From the IMG/VR virus record IMGVR_UViG_3300040811_000687: a stretch of DNA of 64,000 nt. One strand, written 5' to 3'. A program made the position numbers and the translations under genes. Each line of letters begins with the position of its first letter. Positions within the stretch are counted from its first letter, which is position 1. The stretch comes from a virus. Shown in pieces: positions 49,778-59,189 of the stretch. The notes under the pieces are model-generated. The model made no database searches and was not told the DNA's origin. It saw only the letters and a list, made by a program, of their open reading frames with translations.

Positions 49778-50250
49778 TATCAGATGAAGATTTTAGATTT
49801 TTGTTAGAAGAAAGTCGGTACGCCAAAAAGATATTAGAAATAGGTACTGGCACAGGTAAAAGTACAACTGCTTTAGTGGCAAACAGAGCAGAGGTATATA
49901 CTATTGACAAAGACGATATATTTGAATATGTTGGTATTGAAGATAACATAAACAGATTTCATTGTACAAGTGTTGATTATTGGAAAGAGTATGGTCATTT
50001 TGATTTTGATTTTGTGTTTGTTGACGGATCAATCGGCGTTTATGATTGCGAAGAAATATTAAAAAGAACTAAGGATAATTTTAAAATTGTTTTCCATGAT
50101 TATTTACCTAACGAAGAAAAATATCCTGGAAAAAATAAAGGTTGGTATAATATGAAAGTTTTTAAAGAAACTTCATTATTAACTTATGATATAATAACAA
50201 AAACTGGTGGTACTCATTGTGTATTGGCAGAGCTAAAGAAGGATAAATAA
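49774..50250 (+). CDS. class I SAM-dependent methyltransferase
   Basis: ILEIGTGTGKST, FVFVDG, VFHD. Confidence 0.85.
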   Translation: MISDEDFRFLLEESRYAKKILEIGTGTGKSTTALVANRAEVYTIDKDDIFEYVGIEDNINRFHCTSVDYWKEYGHFDFDFVFVDGSIGVYDCEEILKRTKDNFKIVFHDYLPNEEKYPGKNKGWYNMKVFKETSLLTYDIITKTGGTHCVLAELKKDK

Positions 50251-50254
50251 TCAT

Positions 50255-50683
50255 ATGGAAAATAACATTAAGATTATTAAGTTGGTGAACGGAGACGATA
50301 TCGTTTGCGTAGTTGACTTTACTAAAAGACAATTAGATCCAAAAAACAAAACAATCAATATAGAAAAGCCTTTACAAATAAAATACGTGCCACAAATAAC
50401 AGTGCAAGGTTTTAAGGACTACATTGCATTGATTCGTTGGACGGCCTATACTAACGATGAACAAATTACTATACCAAAAGATAAGATAATGACAATTACA
50501 AATGCTAATGATAGTATGAGTAAAAGTTATCTTGGTGTTGTTGATACATACGAAGATATTCCTCTGGCGGACAAAGATGTAAAAAAGTCGCAAGTTAAAT
50601 TTACCACCACAGAGAATAAAGAAATTAATAGAATCTTTGATGATTCAATATATGATGACGATGATGAAGGAACTTTGCATTAG
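50255..50683 (+). CDS. conserved T4-like hypothetical protein (Sm-like fold)
   Basis: IIKLVNGDDIVC N-terminus, acidic tail ending in LH; usual position before gp55. Confidence 0.7.
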   Translation: MENNIKIIKLVNGDDIVCVVDFTKRQLDPKNKTINIEKPLQIKYVPQITVQGFKDYIALIRWTAYTNDEQITIPKDKIMTITNANDSMSKSYLGVVDTYEDIPLADKDVKKSQVKFTTTENKEINRIFDDSIYDDDDEGTLH

Positions 50684-50761
50684 AGGAGACCAGTACCTGG
50701 AGCTTCTCCCCAAACGGCTACACCGTTCATTATACATAAAATTATCAAAAAGTCAATGCTG

Positions 50762-50786
50762 ATTTCGGCACAAACCGAAATTTTTT
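50762..50786 (+). terminator. hairpin plus T run upstream of the tRNA
   Basis: ATTTCGG-CACAAA-CCGAAAT then a T run. Confidence 0.55.
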
Positions 50787-50789
50787 CAA

Positions 50790-50864
50790 GCGGGTGTAGC
50801 TCAGTGGTAGAGCGTCTCGTTGCCAACGAGAAGGCCGTCGGTCCGACCCCGATCACCCGCTCCA
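50790..50864 (+). tRNA. tRNA-Gly (GCC), atypical T-loop
   Basis: GCGGGTG/CACCCGC acceptor stem, TAGCTCAGTGGTAGAGC D arm, TCTCG-TTGCCAA-CGAGA anticodon arm, U73, encoded CCA; T-loop TCCGACC. Confidence 0.92.
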
Positions 50865-50878
50865 AAATGCTTAAAACA

Positions 50879-50907
50879 TTGACATTTAAACTGAAAGATG
50901 TTATATT
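50879..50907 (+). promoter_or_regulatory. sigma70 promoter of gp55
   Basis: TTGACA-N17-TATATT, ATG 6 nt downstream. Confidence 0.8.
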
Positions 50908-50913
50908 AAGAAT

Positions 50914-51495
50914 ATGAGTAAAACAAAAAAAGAACACTATGTTAATAACAAAGAGTTTTTAGAGGCAATGAATAAGTACAGAAAAGCTGTACGAAGAGCG
51001 GCCAGATTAAAACAAGATAAACCACTGGTAGGAGACTATCTTGGATCATGTTTTTTAAAGATTGCTAATCATTTGTCATACAGACCTAATTTTATAAATT
51101 ATACTTTTAAAGATGACATGATATCAGATGGTATAGAAAACTGTCTACAATACCTTGACAACTTTGATGGTAAAAAATCAAATAATCCGTTTGCTTACTT
51201 CACTCAAATAATCTATTATGCATTTATACGTAGAATACAAAAAGAGAAAAAGCAAGTGACTATTAAACACAAATTAATCAGCAATTCTAATTTAGATGAC
51301 TTTGCTTTGCAACCAGGTGATGATAGAGAGTTTAAGAATCAAATGACTGAATATCTACAGAAAAATTTACCAATGGACGCACAAGAAAAGATTGCTGAAG
51401 AAGTTAAAAATAGTAAAAAGAAACGTAAGAAAAGAACAAGTAAGAATAGTTTAGATTATTTTTTTGAAAATTATGAAGATAGCCCTACTAAATGA
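50914..51495 (+). CDS. gp55: late-transcription sigma factor gp55
   Basis: HYVNNKEF, LSYRPNFINY, NPFAYFTQI. Confidence 0.96.
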   Translation: MSKTKKEHYVNNKEFLEAMNKYRKAVRRAARLKQDKPLVGDYLGSCFLKIANHLSYRPNFINYTFKDDMISDGIENCLQYLDNFDGKKSNNPFAYFTQIIYYAFIRRIQKEKKQVTIKHKLISNSNLDDFALQPGDDREFKNQMTEYLQKNLPMDAQEKIAEEVKNSKKKRKKRTSKNSLDYFFENYEDSPTK

Positions 51496-52519
51496 TACAC
51501 ACTTTGGTTGCCGTAATGATTCTCCACATTTTATAAATTATCAGAATAAGTTTTATGAGGAACAGTTTTTTCCTTATCTTATTAAGAATAATATTAAATG
51601 TTTAATACATTTAGGTGACGTAGTTGATAGACGAAAATTTATTAATCATAATACAGCCCACAACTTTAAAAAAGTATTTTGGGATAGATTAAAAGAACTA
51701 GATATAGAAACTCACGTTATACTAGGTAATCACGATACATATTACAAGAATACAAATGAAGTTAATGCTTTGGAAAATCTTAATATAGGTAACGAAGTTA
51801 AGATATACACTAAAGCCACCGAAATAACTTTAGATGGTTTAGATGTATTGTTAATACCATGGATATGTGAAGACAATATGGAAGATACTCTATATAAATT
51901 AGATAACTCTACATCACAAATTGCCTTTGGTCATTTAGAAGTAAAAGGTTTTGAAATGCATAAAGGAGTTATGAATGAACATGGTCTAGAGAAACAAAAT
52001 TTTAGAAGATTTGAAAAAGTATTTTCTGGTCACTTTCATAAGAAATCAGATGACGGACATATCTTTTATCTAGGTACACAATATCAAATTATGTGGTCAG
52101 ACTATAACTGTCCTAAAGGTTTTCATATATTTGATACAGATACTAGAGAACTAGAACGAATAGAGAACACTTTACCTATATTTAAAAAATTATCATATGA
52201 CGATACTAAAGAAAACTATGACAATTTAGATTTATCTTCTTATGAAAATTGTTTTGTAAAACTGTTTGTTAATAGAAAAACTAATCCAGAAATGTATGGT
52301 AATCTAATAGAAAGGTTTTACAACAATACAAATATACATGAGTTAATTATAAATGAAGATACAAATGACATAACACAAACAGTTAGAGTTGATACTATAG
52401 ATCAAGGAGAAGATACACTGACATTTTTAGGTAATTATATTGAACAGGTAGATACTGATTTAGATAAACACAAACTAAAAGAATTTGCAAAAGAATTATA
52501 TACGGAGGCCAGTGAGTAA
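51473..52519 (+). CDS. gp47: recombination endonuclease gp47 (Mre11-like)
   Basis: DTHFG, LGDVVD, GNHD, SGHFH; ATG (MKIALL) is the likely start. Confidence 0.95.
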   Translation: MKIALLNDTHFGCRNDSPHFINYQNKFYEEQFFPYLIKNNIKCLIHLGDVVDRRKFINHNTAHNFKKVFWDRLKELDIETHVILGNHDTYYKNTNEVNALENLNIGNEVKIYTKATEITLDGLDVLLIPWICEDNMEDTLYKLDNSTSQIAFGHLEVKGFEMHKGVMNEHGLEKQNFRRFEKVFSGHFHKKSDDGHIFYLGTQYQIMWSDYNCPKGFHIFDTDTRELERIENTLPIFKKLSYDDTKENYDNLDLSSYENCFVKLFVNRKTNPEMYGNLIERFYNNTNIHELIINEDTNDITQTVRVDTIDQGEDTLTFLGNYIEQVDTDLDKHKLKEFAKELYTEASE

Positions 52520-52871
52520 ATATAAAAATCCATTTGAAGGACCTTTTAAAGTAACTAAAGGTAAAAAAATTAAAATTGTAAAAAGAAAAAGTGCCTACAG
52601 TTCAAAACCTTTACCTAACAATTTACTTAATGAGAAAAGAAAAAAGAAAATATACATACATGTGAATCAACATGTGATCAGAGCGAACAAGAAAAACAAT
52701 GACAACGATCCTGTGATAACAATCAAGCAAGGTAATAAGAACACCTACTGCCATGAAGTTGAGATCAAAGGACCAAGTCGTATGCTATACGGGGGCAACG
52801 ACAAACCCATATTGAGCTGTGGTGCGAGAGTTGTGATAGAAACAGAATCAGAGATAGAGGTGATTAAATGA
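52512..52871 (+). CDS. conserved phage hypothetical protein
   Basis: IHVNQHVIR...PVITIK...YCHEVEI.GPS...LSCGARVVIET; start uncertain (GTG 52512 after GGAGG). Confidence 0.65.
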   Translation: MSKYKNPFEGPFKVTKGKKIKIVKRKSAYSSKPLPNNLLNEKRKKKIYIHVNQHVIRANKKNNDNDPVITIKQGNKNTYCHEVEIKGPSRMLYGGNDKPILSCGARVVIETESEIEVIK

Positions 52872-54583
52872 TAGTATTTAAAAAGATAATGTATAAAAAC
52901 TTCCTATCTACAGGTAATATACCTATAGAAGTTGAACTAGATAAATCACACACAACACTAATAGTAGGTCAAAACGGATCAGGTAAATCTACTTTACTTG
53001 ACGCATTATGTTTTGTTTTATTTAACAAACCATTTAGAATTATAAAAAAAGATCAGATAGTAAACTCAATAAACAATGCTGATTGTATTGTAGAAATAGA
53101 ATTTACTGTAGGACAAAAACAATACAAAATTATACGTGGCATAAAACCTAACATATTTGAAATCTATTGCGATGGTACTCTTTTAAATCAAGACGCCAAT
53201 AGTATAGACTATCAAAAATATCTAGAACAAAATATAATGAGACTTAATTACAGGTCTTTTTTACAAGTAGTGTTATTAGGTGCTTCATCATACGAACCAT
53301 TTATGAAAATGAAACCTAGATACAGACGAGAGGTTGTGGAAGAAATATTAGACATTAGAGTATTCGGACTTATGGATTTAATATTAAGAAGTCAACAATC
53401 AGACTTGGCTAAAAAGGTTGTAGAAATGAAACACCGTGCTGATTTAATACAAACCAAGTACGAAACAGAGTTAAATCACTTCAATGCTATCTCCGACCTT
53501 AATATGAACGACCTAGATGGTAAGAAACAGCTGGTTAACAAAAACAAAGAAGATAGTAAAAACTATATTAAAAAGATAGAAGAATTAAACGAACAAATAG
53601 GTTATAAGAAAAAAGACATAGAAAACAAGGACAAGGTACAAACAAAGGTAGGTCAACTATCTAAACTAGAAGCTAAAATAGAAACTAATCTATCTACCCA
53701 CCAAAAGACATTAGAGTTTTTTGAGAATAATAATAACTGTCCTACGTGTACACAACCTATAGATCAAGAATTTAAAACAAAAAAAATAGAATCAACTAAA
53801 CAAAAAGTAAAAACTTTATCAGATGGTATGAAAGAAATACTAAATGAGATAGCTAATACAGAATTAAAACTATCAGAAATGAATAAAGTATCACAAAAGA
53901 TACATGAACTAAATATTGATATATCCAAATTTGAAACTTCTTTAGATGAGATAAATAAGTTTAGCAATAGAATACATGAAGAAATAAGATTGTTAGAAAA
54001 CAAACAAGTTGATGGTAAAGAGATTGAGTCACAACTAGAAGAACTTAATAAACAATTAGAAGAAACTAGAATTGAAAGAGATAGAATAGTTGAACAAAAA
54101 GATTACGTAGATATATTAAGAGAAATACTAAATGACAAAGGTGCCAAGGCACAGATTATACGTAAGTATGTTCCAATAATGAACAACTTAATTAATCAAC
54201 ATTTACAGGCCATGGATTTCTTTGTATCGTTTCATTTAGATGAGGAGTTTAATGAGACAGTAAAAAGTAGATTTAGAGATACTTTTAATTACAATAACTT
54301 TAGTGAGGGTGAAAAAATGAGAATAGACCTTGCATTGTTATTTACGTGGCGACATATCGCAAAAATGAAAAACAGTACAAATACCAATCTATTAATATTA
54401 GATGAGATATTTGATGGCAGTTTAGATGGCCAAGGTACAGATGATTTCTTTAAGATAATAACACAACTTACAAAAGAAAACATTTTTATCATATCACATA
54501 AAGGCGATATAATGTTTGATAAATTTACAAATATAATCAAGTATGAAAAGTACAAAAATTTCACTAGATTACAAGCAACATAA
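52868..54583 (+). CDS. gp46: recombination ATPase gp46 (Rad50-like)
   Basis: GQNGSGKS, CPTC zinc hook, FSEGEK, LDEIFD. Confidence 0.96.
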   Translation: MIVFKKIMYKNFLSTGNIPIEVELDKSHTTLIVGQNGSGKSTLLDALCFVLFNKPFRIIKKDQIVNSINNADCIVEIEFTVGQKQYKIIRGIKPNIFEIYCDGTLLNQDANSIDYQKYLEQNIMRLNYRSFLQVVLLGASSYEPFMKMKPRYRREVVEEILDIRVFGLMDLILRSQQSDLAKKVVEMKHRADLIQTKYETELNHFNAISDLNMNDLDGKKQLVNKNKEDSKNYIKKIEELNEQIGYKKKDIENKDKVQTKVGQLSKLEAKIETNLSTHQKTLEFFENNNNCPTCTQPIDQEFKTKKIESTKQKVKTLSDGMKEILNEIANTELKLSEMNKVSQKIHELNIDISKFETSLDEINKFSNRIHEEIRLLENKQVDGKEIESQLEELNKQLEETRIERDRIVEQKDYVDILREILNDKGAKAQIIRKYVPIMNNLINQHLQAMDFFVSFHLDEEFNETVKSRFRDTFNYNNFSEGEKMRIDLALLFTWRHIAKMKNSTNTNLLILDEIFDGSLDGQGTDDFFKIITQLTKENIFIISHKGDIMFDKFTNIIKYEKYKNFTRLQAT

Positions 54584-54594
54584 ATAGGAGTATT

Positions 54595-55317
54595 ATGGGA
54601 AGCACACAAAAAAATGTAATGAAGAAGCCAAAGGTGCAGATGAATAAACTTTCTGCTAATGCAAATAAACAGAGTCCTAAATCTTATACAAATAAGACTA
54701 CAGAAAAAATAAATAAAGAATCAGAGACAGGTTTTCTTACGCCAAAAGATAACGTAGATGATGGTACTTTTAAACTAGTACCACCAAGAGACCCTAGAAT
54801 ACAATCAGCAATAGCACCTTTTTCAGATGACATGTTAGAAGAACATGGTATCAAAGATAGACAAGAACTAACAGATAGAATGTTTAAAACAATGTTAAAG
54901 TATGGTGGTATAGGTCTTACAGCAAATCAAGTAGGATTACCTTTTAACATGTTTGTTTTAGGTGCCCACGATCATATAGAAAAAGGTTTAAAAATGGCAT
55001 GTTTTAATCCATTTATAGTTACTAAAAGTGAGGAAGAAGTAGTAATGAAAGAGGGTTGTTTAACCTTTCCTTTTGTATTCATATCAAAAACTAGACCTAG
55101 AAAAGTGGTAGTTAAGTATGAAGACGAGAACGGTGCCTTACAAGAAGGCCACCTTGATGGTGTTGTTAGTAGAGTATTCCAACATGAGTATGAACACACG
55201 TTAGGCAAGACTTTTATAGATGGTGTATCTAAAATGAAACTAGATATGGCATACAAAAAGGCAGGAAAACAAATGAAAGCCTATCAAAAACACAAGGCGG
55301 AGATGGAAAAAGCCTAG
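54595..55317 (+). CDS. def: peptide deformylase
   Basis: GIGLTANQVG, EGCLT, QHEYEH. Confidence 0.9.
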   Translation: MGSTQKNVMKKPKVQMNKLSANANKQSPKSYTNKTTEKINKESETGFLTPKDNVDDGTFKLVPPRDPRIQSAIAPFSDDMLEEHGIKDRQELTDRMFKTMLKYGGIGLTANQVGLPFNMFVLGAHDHIEKGLKMACFNPFIVTKSEEEVVMKEGCLTFPFVFISKTRPRKVVVKYEDENGALQEGHLDGVVSRVFQHEYEHTLGKTFIDGVSKMKLDMAYKKAGKQMKAYQKHKAEMEKA

Positions 55318-55319
55318 GC

Positions 55320-55348
55320 TTGACAATCAGGATACTTTATGATACCTT
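55320..55348 (+). promoter_or_regulatory. sigma70-type early promoter
   Basis: GGCTTGACA-N17-TACCTT, ATG 6 nt downstream. Confidence 0.6.
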
Positions 55349-55354
55349 TATATT

Positions 55355-56695
55355 ATGACAGCAGTACAAAAAGACGAATTTGATATACACGCAAAACAAG
55401 ATTTAGAAGGCGTTGAAAAAAAGTGGCAACAGTTTCAAGACGAAAATGATATATCTAATTTAGAAGATATAGATGAGAAAGTACTTAAAGAAGCTATAGA
55501 AAAAGACCTTGGTTACGTGTCTAAAATGACAGTACAAGAGTATACACTATTTCAAAAGTGGCAAGAAGTACATAGAAAATATCCTACGGTAGAAACTACT
55601 ACCTTATATGGTACTGAAAGATTACTTAAATCTCCCGAACAAAAACATCAAATAGAATCAGTTAGAAAAAATATCTGGATACCAGAATCACCTGAAGATT
55701 ATGATAAACTAGAACCTGTATTAGAATTTACAGATGATAGTACTAAAAATTTTAAAGGCAAAGCAGTAAGAACTCAACAATTATCAGAGAACTGGAATAC
55801 ATTAAGAACTTTCTTATCTACTATGAAAAACAATAGTAATATTGGTAGACAGTTATTCTTTAATGTAAATGACAATAGATCAGGTAAACATCTAGGTGTC
55901 ATTTGTATATCTGGTGACTTTATGGATTTAACACCTAGAGACAGTGCTATTGGCTGGGATAGACAGAGTAAAACTTTTGGTGGTATGATTAATCATACAG
56001 CAATTGGTTCTTCTATTGTACCAACACAACCACTAGGTTATAGTTACACAGGTGGTAAACTATTAGCATATCTATGTTTATCAGATGACGTACAAAGAAT
56101 ATGGCAAGAAAAGTATGGTGACAAACTAGTTGGTGTTACCACAACATCTTTATATGGTAAAGCAAAAGCAAATACATTAAGTCAATATGATGGTTTAAAA
56201 TACTGGAAACGTATGGGTTTTACTATGGGGTCAGTATCATATGAACCACAACCAGAAACTAAAAAACTAATTAAACAATGGTTAAAGAAAAATCATACTA
56301 AAAAATACTTTGAGTGGTATGAGGCAACAAGAGCCAACGGCCAACCATTAAAGAGAGATCATAAGAATAGATCATATATGTTTACCTATTCTAAAATGGG
56401 TATAGATAAAAAACTAATTAAAACAGATCACGCTAGAGGTATCTATTTTGCAAGATTATATGAAAACACTTATGAGTATTTAAGAGGCGAAGTAAAAGAT
56501 GACGGTCTAATATCTAGATTTGATTCGTCTACCGAAGCATTAGTTAAAGTATGGAAAGATAAACATGCCTCTAAAAGAATTAAAAACTTACTAGCAACCG
56601 ATAGATTCTCTAAAGAATCACACTTCTATGATGATTTAATATACCTTGATTGGGAACAGTGCAAGGAAAAGTACTTGAATCAGGTAGGGAGATAA
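55355..56695 (+). CDS. DUF4338 / Druantia DruA-like protein
   Basis: GRQLFF, PRDSAIGW, VPTQPLGY...GGKLLA, TTTSLYG motifs. Confidence 0.65.
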   Translation: MTAVQKDEFDIHAKQDLEGVEKKWQQFQDENDISNLEDIDEKVLKEAIEKDLGYVSKMTVQEYTLFQKWQEVHRKYPTVETTTLYGTERLLKSPEQKHQIESVRKNIWIPESPEDYDKLEPVLEFTDDSTKNFKGKAVRTQQLSENWNTLRTFLSTMKNNSNIGRQLFFNVNDNRSGKHLGVICISGDFMDLTPRDSAIGWDRQSKTFGGMINHTAIGSSIVPTQPLGYSYTGGKLLAYLCLSDDVQRIWQEKYGDKLVGVTTTSLYGKAKANTLSQYDGLKYWKRMGFTMGSVSYEPQPETKKLIKQWLKKNHTKKYFEWYEATRANGQPLKRDHKNRSYMFTYSKMGIDKKLIKTDHARGIYFARLYENTYEYLRGEVKDDGLISRFDSSTEALVKVWKDKHASKRIKNLLATDRFSKESHFYDDLIYLDWEQCKEKYLNQVGR

Positions 56696-56771
56696 CGAAT
56701 CTACCATGAAAAATATAATGTTCTGGTTGTGTTCTTTCAAAAAGTAAGTAAAATCAACGATATTTAATGGC

Positions 56772-56800
56772 TTGACTTTTCTGTATTTTCCATATAGGAT
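56772..56800 (+). promoter_or_regulatory. sigma70-type early promoter
   Basis: GGCTTGACT-N17-TAGGAT. Confidence 0.7.
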
Positions 56801-56808
56801 AAGTGTAT

Positions 56809-59094
56809 ATGAAAAAAAATACCACTACAAATATTAGCCTTGACCAAAAAAGTCAACTAGCTAAACTTATCGCTACAGAAAATATAACTATTCAACATAA
56901 CAATGTACGTACTGCTTCGTTTGATGTAAAAAACAGAGTACTTACATTACCAATATTCAAAACAAAATCGCCAGATGTTTATGACATGCTTATCGCCCAC
57001 GAGTGTGCTCATGCTCTCTTTACTCCTTATAAGTCGTGGGCAAAAATTCAAGATGATGAGCTACGTGCTTATGTAAATGTTCTAGAAGATTGTAGAATAG
57101 ATAAAAAAATACAAACACAATATCCTGGTGTAGTTAGAAACTACATTAATGGTTTTGATATTCTTAACAAAGCAAATTTCTTTGGTACTAAAGACAAAGA
57201 TATTAATAAAGACTACATGTTAATTGATAAGATCAATATGTTTTATAAGTCTTCAAAAAGACTACCAATATTTTTCTCTACTTTAGATAATATCTGGATT
57301 AATAAAGTTAATGCTTTAAAATCATTTAAAGATGTTGTTGAGTTAGCCAAGAAGATGTTAGATTGGCAGAAAAAAGAAACTAAAAAACAAGAAAAAAATA
57401 GTGACTTTTCTGGTAGTAATCTAGATAAACTTTACAAACAACCAGATGACCATCAAAAACCTGATGAGTCAGATAGTGAAGAACAAAATGAAGATCAAGA
57501 GTCTGCTGAAAAACAAGATGATGAAAAGCAAGACGGTGATCAAGAAGATGGTAACAACGAGTCGCAACAATCAACTACTCATGGTGATGGTGCAGCTACA
57601 GTAGATGGTTCAGGTCTAGACTCTAGAAAATTTATTGCTATTACTGATAAGAAGTATCAAGAAAACACAGCAAATATTACAGAGACAAAATACGATTACA
57701 GTTATGTTACTTTACCAGATTCTAATCTAGAAAAAATTGTTGTTAGAAATAAAACTTTCTTAAAAGAAATGAGAGATTATATCAAAACAGAAACTTACAG
57801 TTATTCTAGTACAATTCAATATCTAAACTGGTTAAGAAATGATTTTAAAAAGTATCAAAGTGATAACATGAAAACTGTTAACTATCTTGTTAAAGAGTTT
57901 GAAATGAAAAAATCTGCTACTGCTTACAAAAGAGCAAGTACTGATAAAACAGGTACTATTGATCCTCTTAAATTAAAAGATTATAGATTCAGTGATGATA
58001 TATTCAAAAGATTAACTGTACTACCTACAGAAAAAAACCATGGTATGATGATGTTGTTAGATTGGTCTGGTAGTATGTGTGCTGATCTTAAAAAAACTAT
58101 TGATCAATTAATTAATCTAGTAATGTTTTGTAGAAAAATTAATATACCTTTTAAAGTATATGCATTTACAACTGAATATTGCAATAAACAAGGTATGGAT
58201 CATAGAGATACGGATCCAACAAAGTCTAGTTGGAAATACAAAGCAAATGATATGTATCTAGAAAATTATAATTTAATTGAAATGGCAGATCATACTCTTA
58301 AAAAGAAAGATTTAGAAGAGTCTCTTATGTATCTTTACAACATGGGTTTATGTTATGATAATCACACTAGAGCTTCATATTGGGATACTAAACCACAATA
58401 CGAGGGTAGTAGATTTCATATGCCTAGTCAATACAGTTTAGGTACTACTCCACTTAACGAAGCTTTAGTTAGTTGTTTAAAACTAGTACCTTTGTTTAAG
58501 AAAAAATACAATATTGAAAAGATGACTTTTATTACCTTAACAGACGGTGGTGCCAATTACAGTGGTGATAGTAAACTAGTTGATGTTGATGGTAAACTTA
58601 CTAAAAAACATAAAGATGATTTAAGAGGTTCTTTAAATACTAATGAGCCGTATATACCAGTTAGAACTGTTATTAAAGTTGGTAAAAAACAATATGTTAA
58701 CGAAGATGGCAGATCACAATTAACTAATCAGTTGTTACGTATGATTCAAAAAGAACATAACATTAAGACAATTGGTTTCTTTGTATTAAAACAAATTAAA
58801 TGGTGGACAATTGGTGACTATGTTAGACATTGTAAAACATATGAGCAAAGAGAAAAAGCTATGGCTGATATTAAGAAGAAATTTCTTAAAGAGAAGTGTG
58901 CCGTTGTAACTCATAAAGGTTACAATAGATATTTCTTACTTAATGGTAAGACTATGAAAGTTGAGAATACTGATCTTTCTACAATTAAAGATGACGCCAA
59001 ACCAGGTCAGATTAAAAACGTATTTAGTAAAAGTATGAAAGGACGAATCACTTCTAGAACACTTTTAAACAAATTCATAGAGGAGGTTGCCTAG
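56809..59094 (+). CDS. CobT-like VWA protein with N-terminal HExxH peptidase-like domain
   Basis: AHECAH, NVLEDCRI, acidic linker, LLDWSGSM MIDAS, TPLNEAL, LTDG; ATG 56809 is the likely start. Confidence 0.85.
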   Translation: MKKNTTTNISLDQKSQLAKLIATENITIQHNNVRTASFDVKNRVLTLPIFKTKSPDVYDMLIAHECAHALFTPYKSWAKIQDDELRAYVNVLEDCRIDKKIQTQYPGVVRNYINGFDILNKANFFGTKDKDINKDYMLIDKINMFYKSSKRLPIFFSTLDNIWINKVNALKSFKDVVELAKKMLDWQKKETKKQEKNSDFSGSNLDKLYKQPDDHQKPDESDSEEQNEDQESAEKQDDEKQDGDQEDGNNESQQSTTHGDGAATVDGSGLDSRKFIAITDKKYQENTANITETKYDYSYVTLPDSNLEKIVVRNKTFLKEMRDYIKTETYSYSSTIQYLNWLRNDFKKYQSDNMKTVNYLVKEFEMKKSATAYKRASTDKTGTIDPLKLKDYRFSDDIFKRLTVLPTEKNHGMMMLLDWSGSMCADLKKTIDQLINLVMFCRKINIPFKVYAFTTEYCNKQGMDHRDTDPTKSSWKYKANDMYLENYNLIEMADHTLKKKDLEESLMYLYNMGLCYDNHTRASYWDTKPQYEGSRFHMPSQYSLGTTPLNEALVSCLKLVPLFKKKYNIEKMTFITLTDGGANYSGDSKLVDVDGKLTKKHKDDLRGSLNTNEPYIPVRTVIKVGKKQYVNEDGRSQLTNQLLRMIQKEHNIKTIGFFVLKQIKWWTIGDYVRHCKTYEQREKAMADIKKKFLKEKCAVVTHKGYNRYFLLNGKTMKVENTDLSTIKDDAKPGQIKNVFSKSMKGRITSRTLLNKFIEEVA

Positions 59095-59124
59095 ATGGTA
59101 CTGGTATCAACAGTTATTTTAGGC

Positions 59125-59153
59125 TTGCTTTCTATGGTAAAACCTGATAGGAT
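59125..59153 (+). promoter_or_regulatory. sigma70-type early promoter
   Basis: GGCTTGCTT-N17-TAGGAT. Confidence 0.65.
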
Positions 59154-59189
59154 AAAGGATAAAAACAACGTAACAAAAAGGATAACACT

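Noticed and set aside
56706-56747. 13-codon ORF MKNIMFWLCSFKK as a leader peptide
   Set aside because: Too short, with no attenuator structure or other support.
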